From positions 60,001 to 92,000 of the forward strand of contig CAZMGY010000011.1 in NCBI GenBank assembly GCA_964565945.1: a stretch of DNA of 32,000 nucleotides. The letters are read 5' to 3'. Position numbers and translations under genes: made by a program. The stretch comes from an uncultured bacterium. Its GTDB lineage: Bacteria; GCA-001730085. Below, one piece after another: positions 25,323-32,000 of the stretch (position 1 is the stretch's first letter; each line of letters begins with the position of its first letter). Under the pieces are notes generated by a model, which ran no database searches, was not told the DNA's origin, and saw only the letters and a list, made by a program, of their open reading frames with translations.

Positions 25323-26047
25323 ATGTGATTATTTTGGCTGCTGGCTATGCCACACGGTTATACCCACTGACGCGTAATCAGCCGAAGCCTTTGTTGCTGA
25401 TTCAGGGTAAACCAATCATTGATTTCATTATCGATCATTTGGATTCTTTTAAGGTCATTGATCGTATTTATGTTGTTTCTAATGCGGTTTTTGTGGAACA
25501 TTTTGAAAAGTGGGCGCAACAGAAAGATTGTCGGCATCCGATTACGATTGTGAATGATGAAACTGCTACGATTGAAACGCGTTTAGGGGCCATTCGAGAC
25601 ATTGGTTTTGTGGTGGACTCTTGTGGTGTTGATTCGGATGTTCTTGTGATTGCTGGAGATAACCTTTTTGATGACGACTTGGTGGGTTTGGTTCAGTTAG
25701 GGCAAAGTCGAAATGAAGGGGTTATTGCGGTTTATCCCTTTGAAGATAAGACACAACTTAAGATGTATGGGGTTGTTACCACAGATGCGCATGGTAAAAT
25801 AATAAGCTTTGTGGAAAAAAGCAAACAACCGCCATCATCATTGGTGGCGACATGCATTTACTATTTTCCACGTTCTGTTTTAGATAACTTGAGAGTTTAT
25901 ATCGAAAGGGGACAGAACTTAGATGCTCCAGGCAATTTTATTGATTGGTTGGTGCTCCAAGAGAATATATGGACCTATTCCCTTAAAGGGAAGTGGTATG
26001 ACATAGGTAGCAAAGAAAGCTATGCTGCTGTGCAAAATATGGAATGA
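25319..26047 (+). CDS. Sugar-phosphate nucleotidyltransferase family protein (substrate unknown)
   Basis: 242 aa. N-terminal NTP-transferase signature ILAAGYATRLYPLTRNQPKPLL, then VIAGDNLFD, YGVV and FVEK. The GTG start overlaps the ptsI stop (GTGA). Confidence 0.75.
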   Translation: MNVIILAAGYATRLYPLTRNQPKPLLLIQGKPIIDFIIDHLDSFKVIDRIYVVSNAVFVEHFEKWAQQKDCRHPITIVNDETATIETRLGAIRDIGFVVDSCGVDSDVLVIAGDNLFDDDLVGLVQLGQSRNEGVIAVYPFEDKTQLKMYGVVTTDAHGKIISFVEKSKQPPSSLVATCIYYFPRSVLDNLRVYIERGQNLDAPGNFIDWLVLQENIWTYSLKGKWYDIGSKESYAAVQNME

Positions 26048-26059
26048 GAGGTAAAATTT

Positions 26060-27271
26060 ATGAGCCGTACATTTTTCTTTACATCGGAATCGGTGAGTGA
26101 AGGGCATCCTGATAAAATGGCCGATCAAATATCGGATGCGATTTTGGATGCGATGCTTAAGCAAGATCCCGATTCACGTGTTGCTTGCGAAACGTTGATC
26201 ACGACAGGCATGGTGGTTGTAGCAGGTGAGGTGACGACCCATGCAACTGTTGATATTCAACGATTGGTGCGCAAAATTATTTCGGAGATTGGTTTTGATA
26301 ATTCGTGCAAGGGTTTTGACTTTAATACCTGTGCGGTATTGATTTCGATTGATGAACAATCACCCGATATTGCCCAAGGTGTGACTGAGGGAGAGGGTTT
26401 GCACAAAGAGCAAGGTGCGGGTGATCAAGGATTGATGTTCGGCTACGCGTGCCGAGAGACAATATCTTATATGCCTTTGCCGATTCACTTAGCGCATATA
26501 TTGGTTAAAGAATTAGCGACTTTAAGGAAATCGGGAGAGCTTGATTATATTTGGCCTGATTCGAAGTCGCAAGTAACGGTTCAATACGACGAGAACAAGC
26601 AGCCTCAAAGGATTGATGCGGTGGTGATTTCGACCCAGCATTCCAAAGATGTCTCCCATGAGCAGATCGAGCAAGATATTAAAAATAAATTGATTGCGAA
26701 TGTTTTACCTCAAGAATTGCTTGATGATCAAACCAAGATCTACATTAATCCAACAGGTCGTTTTGTGGTGGGAGGTCCTTTGGGAGATTGTGGTTTGACT
26801 GGGCGTAAAATTATTGTGGATACTTATGGTGGAATGGGGCACCATGGTGGTGGTGCTTTTTCTGGAAAAGATCCTTCTAAGGTCGATCGCAGTGCTGCTT
26901 ATGCTGCACGTTATGTGGCTAAAAATGTGGTAGCCGCTGGGTTGGCCGATCGTTGTGAAGTGCAACTGGCTTATGCGATTGGGGTGGCCGAACCTGTTTC
27001 GATTCAGGTGGATACTCTTGGCACACATGTTATCGAAGAGAGCCAAATTGAAGCTGTGATTCGCAACGAGTTTGATTTAAGGCCTGTAGCAATTATTGAG
27101 CAGTTACAATTGAAGCGTCCGATCTATCAACGGACAGCCACTTATGGGCACTTTGGCCGTTCGGATCGGCATTTCCCTTGGGAGAAACTTGATAAAGTTG
27201 AAGCTTTGCAAGCGGCTGCGGGGATCGAAAAAAAAATGACATACTTGAAGAAGCGCTCGTTTAAGGGTTAG
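26060..27271 (+). CDS. metK: S-adenosylmethionine synthetase
   Basis: 403 aa with the motifs [58 protein letters not shown] and [23 protein letters not shown]. Confidence 0.97.
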   Translation: MSRTFFFTSESVSEGHPDKMADQISDAILDAMLKQDPDSRVACETLITTGMVVVAGEVTTHATVDIQRLVRKIISEIGFDNSCKGFDFNTCAVLISIDEQSPDIAQGVTEGEGLHKEQGAGDQGLMFGYACRETISYMPLPIHLAHILVKELATLRKSGELDYIWPDSKSQVTVQYDENKQPQRIDAVVISTQHSKDVSHEQIEQDIKNKLIANVLPQELLDDQTKIYINPTGRFVVGGPLGDCGLTGRKIIVDTYGGMGHHGGGAFSGKDPSKVDRSAAYAARYVAKNVVAAGLADRCEVQLAYAIGVAEPVSIQVDTLGTHVIEESQIEAVIRNEFDLRPVAIIEQLQLKRPIYQRTATYGHFGRSDRHFPWEKLDKVEALQAAAGIEKKMTYLKKRSFKG

Positions 27272-27333
27272 GTCGTATTCTATGAGAGACATGGCAAGTA
27301 AGTTGTGGGATGTTGTCATGGGAATGGTTTAAA

Positions 27334-27677
27334 AAAGCAAAGTTGATTGGACCATCGGTGTTACTTCTTTTAAAGAGGTAAGGCAGGAAAGTCCAGACTC
27401 CACAGGGTAAGATGCTGCATTGAAAGGCAGTGAGGGTGACCTTAAGGAAAGTGCCACAGAAACCAAACCGCCTTGGGTCTTTAGAGTCCGAGGGTAAGGG
27501 TGAAACGGTGAGGTAAGAGCTCACCAGTTTTGGTGGCGACACCAAAAGCTGGGCAAACCCCATCTGGAGCAAGACCAAGTAGAAAGCGTGATAGTGACCC
27601 GCTATATGTTTTCGGGTTGGTTGCAAAGATGAATGATGGTTCGCGACAGAATCTGGCTTATAGATCAACTTTGCTTT
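27334..27677 (+). ncRNA. rnpB: RNase P RNA, bacterial type A
   Basis: Plus-strand matches to the conserved RNase P RNA blocks: GGAAAGTCCAGACTCCACAGGG (P4 5' strand), GGTGAGGTAAGAGCTCACC, GGGCAAACCCCATCTGGAGCAAGACCAAGTAG and ACAGAATCTGGCTTATAG (P4 3' strand). CCAGA/TCTGG covary relative to the usual CCGG/CCGG. The closing P1 helix is GCAAAGTTGAT (27337-27347) with ATCAACTTTGC (27664-27674). End coordinates are +/- a few nt. Confidence 0.9.
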
Positions 27678-27733
27678 TTTCTCTAAAGGATTTTTTCTTT
27701 GCTTTTTATATTTATTAAAAAATATTTTATTAT

Positions 27734-28859
27734 CCCCTAAGTAAACTTCTCTGCTTATGAATATTTTAAACTATAAACTCACCTCCACTAATGAACTTCT
27801 AACAACTGCCCGCACAGGCTTGTTAGCACCCGCACATTTAATGTAATCAATAAAAGGCCATTGACCAGTATTTCCCTGCTTTAAATAGCAATAGTGCTCT
27901 TAAATTTCAACTTTTATCAATACCTTACTACTAAGCCAACACGAAGGTGGGAAATGTGTGGCAAAAAATATAAGGGCTATATGCCAATGGTAGGACACAT
28001 TGCCCAAACAGGGCATAAGATAGTAGCCACCGACTTTAGGGCGGGCAATACTTCGCCAGCAAAAGACAATCTTGGGTTTATTAAACACTGTCAAAGTGCT
28101 TTGTCTTAGGGTATCAAGGTAAATAAGTTGCGTATTGTTTTGACAACAACATTGAATTTGCCATTAGAGCAAAGATGTGCAAATCCCTCAAAGATATTAT
28201 TCTTGATAAAGATAATAAGTGGCAGCCTTTACTTGATAAACAAGGAAATGATGTTGAGGGGCAAACCACTTTTAAAATACAACATTTTATTAATGTTAAA
28301 GGCAATAAAGGCAAAGTTTTTGATTTAATCGTGCAAAGAACCCAAATCAAAGGACAAAACCAGATGGATTTAGACATGAATATGGATAATGCCAATGACA
28401 CAGACCAAAGTCTTGCGATTGCTATGTATGTCTATCGCATGATTGCCACTAACTTTGAGGGTTTAAATAACAGTGAGATTGTATATTTTTACAATCAAAG
28501 AGCGGAGGATAGTGAAAATCGTATTAAAGAGTTAAAAGATGATTTTGGGGCAAAACAAATGCCTTGTGGCGATTTTGCTGCCAATGCCTTCTATTTTGAT
28601 ATTTGTAGTTTTTCTTATCATCTGTTCGCCCTAATGCGTCAACTACTGCCGCTTGAATTTGTCAACAAAAGAGCAACATATGTGCGTCACCGTCTTTACA
28701 ACATCGCTGCCAAAGTAATCTAGCATGGTAGATAGATAATGATTAAATGCCAAGCACAATATCACAGCTTAGTTAATCAAGTGTTAAGATGAATTAAATA
28801 GCTTAAACAATTGCTAACATAAATTAATATATTGCTAATAAGCCTTTTTTACTAAGGAT
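27734..28859 (+). mobile_element. Decayed IS1380-family insertion sequence (about 1.1 kb remnant)
   Basis: Encloses the transposase fragments listed below. Tentative degenerate terminal inverted repeats: CCCCTAAGTAAA (27734-27745) against TTTACTAAGGAT (28848-28859), 9/12 after reverse complement. The region is visibly more AT-rich than the flanks. No target-site duplication was recognised. Confidence 0.65.
27757..28792 (+). pseudogene. IS1380-family DDE transposase, fragmented across three reading frames with in-frame stops
   Basis: Fragments: MNILNYKLTSTNELLTTARTGLLAPAHLM* (27757-); ...KGYMPMVGHIAQTGHKIVATDFRAGNTSPAKDN... (27894-28109); CFDNNIEFAIRAKMCKSLKDII... through YVYRMIATNF...IVYFYNQRAEDSENRIKELKDDFGAKQMPCGDFAANAFYFDICSFSYHLFAL (28175-28723). 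It then continues as AKVI*HGR*IMIKC through TAG codons at 28721 and 28733. The pattern resembles ISEcp1/IS1380-type transposases (GY.P, R.GN, Y..R...EN.IKE.K, aN, YNL), recalled from memory. It is far shorter than an intact gene. Confidence 0.75.
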
Positions 28860-29043
28860 GGCAAAATTTGCTTGAAAATCAAAAAATCAGTGAAAAACGC
28901 TCTGAATTAAATGGACAAAAGCATTAGGCAATTGATTGTTGGTGAAATAATAATATTTAAGTGAAAAAATAGTGGTTAAGTGGTTTTTATTTTTGGATTT
29001 GGGTATTAATAGAACATTATCTGAATTTTTTTGTAATGTTTTC

Positions 29044-29072
29044 TTGACATCTTTTTAATTGCTTATGATAAT
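29044..29072 (+). promoter_or_regulatory. Sigma-70-type promoter for the ROK regulator gene
   Basis: TTGACA (29044-29049), a 17-nt spacer, then GATAAT (29067-29072). It lies about 60 nt upstream of ATG 29135, which has the SD GGGGAG at 29125-29130. Confidence 0.5.
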
Positions 29073-29134
29073 AGATGCGTGTCGAAATGTTACAAATAAA
29101 GTAATCCCGTTGTGTGGGGAGATAGGGGAGTTTT

Positions 29135-30328
29135 ATGATCAGACAAAGACTTTTAAAAGACCAGATTTTATCCGATCGCGAACGCAAAAACATTGCTATT
29201 TTAGAACTGATTGGGAAGAGTGGTCCTCTGACGAAAACGGACATTTCTAAAATCACTGAATTGAATATCGTGACCGTGTCGAATTACATCAACAACTACA
29301 TCAAAGCTGGCTTGATTGAAGAAAAAGGATTTGATGTTTCTTCGGGAGGACGCAAACCAGCTTTGGTGGATCTGAATTATAATTCAGGCTATGTGGTTGG
29401 TATTGGTGTGAGTCCACAATTCAATGAGATTGTGTGCGTCTTGATTGATTATGGGTCTCATTTGGTTAAAAAGAAAAGCTTGATTTGGGATTCGAGCAAT
29501 CGTTCGGGTGCTTTGATTGAAGAAATGGCTAACTTGTTGGATCAAGTGATTGCCGAATCTGGGGTTGAGGTTGATAAAATTAAGGGGATTGGTGCCGCTT
29601 TGCCAGGGGTGCTTGATGAACGTGGAAACACGGTCAAATGGCCGAGTTCGGTTGGAGAAATGAACATTTCGATGTGCTTACCTGTTCGTTCGGTTTTGGA
29701 ACGTCGCTTTCGTATGCCTATTTTTATTGAACGAAGTGATATTGTTGCTGTTTCGGGAGAACGTTGGATGAACCTAAGTTCCGATGTGCAAAATGTTTTA
29801 TTTATGTATTCGGGCGTTGGTTGTGGTTATATCATTTGTGGTCAATTGTTTCGAGGAACTGGGGGAACCGCGGGTTCCTTGGGGATTGATTTCGAAGATC
29901 AGACCAAGATCAGTGATTTGCGGCAAGACTATTTTGATTTAGGCATTTGTGATGATGTTTATCTCCGATTGAAAAATGGAGAAGAATCCACTTTGTACAA
30001 TGGGGAGCACCCGAAGTTAGAGGCTATTATACTGGCTGCTCAAAATGGGGATCGTGTGTGTGTGGAGGTGATTCAAGATGCGGGTGTGCGTTTAGGGCAA
30101 AAGGTGGCATTTTTAGTTAACTTGCTCAATCCCGAGGTTGTCGTTATTGGAGGGGGTATCGAAGATGCGGGACCGATCTTTTTGGATTCTGTGCGTAAGT
30201 CTGTTAAGAAACATGCCGTCGAAGAAGTTTCTAATGTGCTTAAAGTGATTCCCTCGACCTTAGGAGATGAACTTTTGGCTCTGGGAGCAGCGAGTGTGGT
30301 GATTCAGGAGCTTTTTGCTCAAGTTTAA
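29135..30328 (+). CDS. ROK-family transcriptional regulator (NagC/XylR-like architecture), degenerate sugar-kinase-like domain
   Basis: 397 aa. N-terminal winged-HTH (NIAILELIGKSGPLTKTDISKITELNIVTVSNYINNYIKAGLIEEKG...SGGRKPALV) followed by a ROK fold (GIGAALPGVLDERGNTV, GVGCGYIICGQLFRG, VVVIGGGI). Confidence 0.85.
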   Translation: MIRQRLLKDQILSDRERKNIAILELIGKSGPLTKTDISKITELNIVTVSNYINNYIKAGLIEEKGFDVSSGGRKPALVDLNYNSGYVVGIGVSPQFNEIVCVLIDYGSHLVKKKSLIWDSSNRSGALIEEMANLLDQVIAESGVEVDKIKGIGAALPGVLDERGNTVKWPSSVGEMNISMCLPVRSVLERRFRMPIFIERSDIVAVSGERWMNLSSDVQNVLFMYSGVGCGYIICGQLFRGTGGTAGSLGIDFEDQTKISDLRQDYFDLGICDDVYLRLKNGEESTLYNGEHPKLEAIILAAQNGDRVCVEVIQDAGVRLGQKVAFLVNLLNPEVVVIGGGIEDAGPIFLDSVRKSVKKHAVEEVSNVLKVIPSTLGDELLALGAASVVIQELFAQV

Positions 30329-30474
30329 TTTTTTGTGGTATCTCGTGGCCCTTATCTGCGGGAGCTTTTTTTATTCTTATCATTTTGTAGTTTGCTTGAC
30401 AAAAAGCATAGCGATGGCCTAACCTTAAAACCTTGATCGTGTTTTTATCAGCTTTGAAGGATGGATCGCGTCGT

Positions 30475-31905
30475 ATGCTACACGGCTACAAAAATGTTCA
30501 TTTTGTTGGAATTGGTGGCCTTGGGATGAGTGGCCTGGCCGAAATTTTGTTAAGCCTGGGTTACCAGGTGACTGGTTCTGATCTTGTTGCGACGGATATC
30601 ACCAGGCGTTTAGCGCTTTTGGGTGCCAGTGTGTATGTGGGGCATCAAGCGAGCCATGTGGCTGAAGATGTTGACTTATTGGTGTATTCCGCAGCGGTTG
30701 ATGCGACTAATCTTGAGCGTGTGGTCGCCCAAGAACGCGGTATTCCAAGCATTGTACGTGGCGAGCTATTGGCCGATATTACCCGGCTGAAGCAACATGT
30801 GGTAGCTGTGGCGGGGTCTCATGGCAAAACGACCACGACAAGCATGATTGCCGATGTTTTATGGGCGTTCGATGTGGAGTCGACAGTGATTGTTGGTGGA
30901 GTCTTGCAGCGTCAAGGTTCGTGCGCCAAGTGGGGGCGTGGAGATATTTTGGTGTCCGAAACAGATGAGCATGATGGATCCTTTTTAAAGTTAGCCCCCA
31001 CTATAGCCGTGGTGACTAACATAGATTTTGAACACGTCGAATATTATGAAAATCTTGAAGCTTTAAAAGACGATTTTGTGTTATTTATGAACAAAGTTCC
31101 GTTTTATGGTTTCACCGTTCTGTGTTTGGATGATCCCGCACTTAAAAGTTTGCAACATCGTTTAAGTTGCCGTTGCTTGACTTATGGTTGGGATGCTGAG
31201 GCCGATCTTTATGCTCAAAATGTAGAGTTTTCGAATAATTTTCAAAATCCTTGGGCCAGGTTTGATGTTTATAATACCAGTCCTCGGTTGGGAGCTATCG
31301 GACATTGGGGGCGTGTCGAACTCAAAACCTTAGGCCGTCATAATGTTCTTAATGCTTTAGCTGCGCTGGCGACAGGCGTGGGTTTTGGCTTGGCCTTTGA
31401 TCTGTGCGTGCGTGGCTTAAAAAATTTCACAGGGATTCAACGTCGCATGGGGATTTATCCTCTCCATCAGGGATATACGCTAATTGAAGACTATGCGCAT
31501 CATCCTACGGAGATTCGGGCGACCTTAGAAAGTGTTGAGTCTCCAGAGGGGGGGCGTCGAATTGTGGTGTTTCAGCCTCATTTATACAGTCGCACAGCCC
31601 ATTTTGCCGAAGAATTTGCGACAGAGCTGTGTAAGGTGGACCAGGTGATCGTGTTGCCGATTTATCCTGCCCGCGAAGAACCTATTGAGGGTGTGAATGC
31701 CTTTTTATTAGCTGAACTCATGCAAAAGAAGGGTTTTCGCCATGTGACGGTTTTGGACGACAAAACACAGACTTTAGATGTCTTGGCATCGATGGCGAAG
31801 AAAGGAGACGTGGTGTTTGTGTTGGGAGCGGGTGATATCTACAAAGTGGCGGAGGATTTGAAACATGAAACATTATCGCAAAGAGATTTGGTTGAACACA
31901 GTTAA
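30475..31905 (+). CDS. murC: UDP-N-acetylmuramate--L-alanine ligase
   Basis: Motifs [68 protein letters not shown] and [11 protein letters not shown] 30475 ([10 protein letters not shown]) is preferred over the TTG 30433 in the track. Confidence 0.93.
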   Translation: MLHGYKNVHFVGIGGLGMSGLAEILLSLGYQVTGSDLVATDITRRLALLGASVYVGHQASHVAEDVDLLVYSAAVDATNLERVVAQERGIPSIVRGELLADITRLKQHVVAVAGSHGKTTTTSMIADVLWAFDVESTVIVGGVLQRQGSCAKWGRGDILVSETDEHDGSFLKLAPTIAVVTNIDFEHVEYYENLEALKDDFVLFMNKVPFYGFTVLCLDDPALKSLQHRLSCRCLTYGWDAEADLYAQNVEFSNNFQNPWARFDVYNTSPRLGAIGHWGRVELKTLGRHNVLNALAALATGVGFGLAFDLCVRGLKNFTGIQRRMGIYPLHQGYTLIEDYAHHPTEIRATLESVESPEGGRRIVVFQPHLYSRTAHFAEEFATELCKVDQVIVLPIYPAREEPIEGVNAFLLAELMQKKGFRHVTVLDDKTQTLDVLASMAKKGDVVFVLGAGDIYKVAEDLKHETLSQRDLVEHS

Positions 31906-32000
31906 GCGTTATGAGATTGTGCATTTGACCTCGCAAGTGAACGAAGTGTTGCGGGAAAGTGGGATTAAGGAAGGTCTGTGTTTGGTCAATGCGATGCATA
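31865..32000 (+). CDS. YjbQ/UPF0047-family protein, N-terminal part (runs off the right edge)
   Basis: ATG 31865 opens [45 protein letters not shown]... This matches the YjbQ-family N-terminal pattern (T..r.e.i.iT..V......sgi..G.c.v...HTTA). It overlaps the murC end by 41 nt. It is absent from the ORF track because it is truncated. Confidence 0.6.
   Translation, partial: MKHYRKEIWLNTVKRYEIVHLTSQVNEVLRESGIKEGLCLVNAMH

Noticed and set aside
26048-26059. Possible SAM riboswitch ahead of metK
   Set aside because: The gap between the nucleotidyltransferase stop and the metK start is only 12 nt, which leaves no room for a riboswitch.
27194-27271. Roughly 13-residue basic C-terminal tail on MetK ([14 protein letters not shown]) beyond the usual end
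   Set aside because: This is a short, low-information extension. MetK C-termini vary in length, and nothing suggests a fused domain.
27261-27718. 135-aa minus-strand ORF and 62-aa plus-strand ORF
   Set aside because: Both lie on top of the RNase P RNA, whose conserved blocks and P1/P4 pairings account for the sequence.
29017-29256. 79-aa minus-strand and 63-aa plus-strand ORFs around the ROK promoter and start
   Set aside because: They overlap a near-consensus promoter and the 5' end of the ROK gene. They lie in AT-rich sequence and have no SD or motifs.
30329-30372. Possible intrinsic terminator after the ROK gene (T7 run at 30366-30372)
   Set aside because: The preceding sequence (CTCGTGGCCCTTATCTGCGGGAG) forms at best 3 contiguous G-C pairs. 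That is not convincing enough to annotate.
1-32000. CRISPR arrays, tandem repeats, prophage, defence or toxin-antitoxin modules
   Set aside because: Reading both strands, I saw no periodic direct repeats, no integrase/recombinase, and no nuclease, ATPase or small paired ORFs outside the annotated housekeeping genes. The only mobile DNA is the IS1380 remnant.

Overview
This window is 32 kb of core housekeeping genes, all on the + strand except the first. The host is a diderm, LPS-making bacterium of unresolved phylum, moderately AT-rich by eye. Gene order: mazG (partial, - strand) | trpE-trpG-trpD-trpC | decayed ogt/MGMT pseudogene | ilvD | RlmB-like methyltransferase | pyrC | tRNA-Cys, tRNA-Leu | DUF1015 protein | 450-bp gap | rny-ymdB-xseA-xseB-ispA-dxs | PilZ | kdsA-kdsD-(LptC/LptA-like)-lptB | hpf-ptsN-hprK-ptsH-ptsI | nucleotidyltransferase | metK | RNase P RNA | AT-rich patch with a decayed IS1380-family element | ROK regulator | murC | YjbQ-like (partial). 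I found no CRISPR array, rRNA, or recognisable defence, toxin-antitoxin, secretion or secondary-metabolite genes, so I cannot honestly name a clearly novel multi-gene system here. These items seem most worth a second look. (1) A PilZ - Kdo/Lpt - HPF - PtsN - HprK - HPr - EI array has an empty rpoN slot and no PTS permease. (2) A 301-aa protein looks like an LptC-LptA fusion. (3) The IspA homologue lacks the conserved Lys-rich block after the second Asp-rich motif. (4) An MGMT pseudogene is broken exactly at its PCHR active site. (5) The intergenic regions upstream of trpE, ilvD and rny contain structured or repeat-bearing sequence, including a 25-codon uORF overlapping the rny start. (6) A decayed IS1380 element sits directly 3' of rnpB, followed by an orphan ROK regulator that lacks the family's Zn/catalytic motifs. 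All calls rest on reading motifs in the supplied translations and the raw sequence. No database search was possible.
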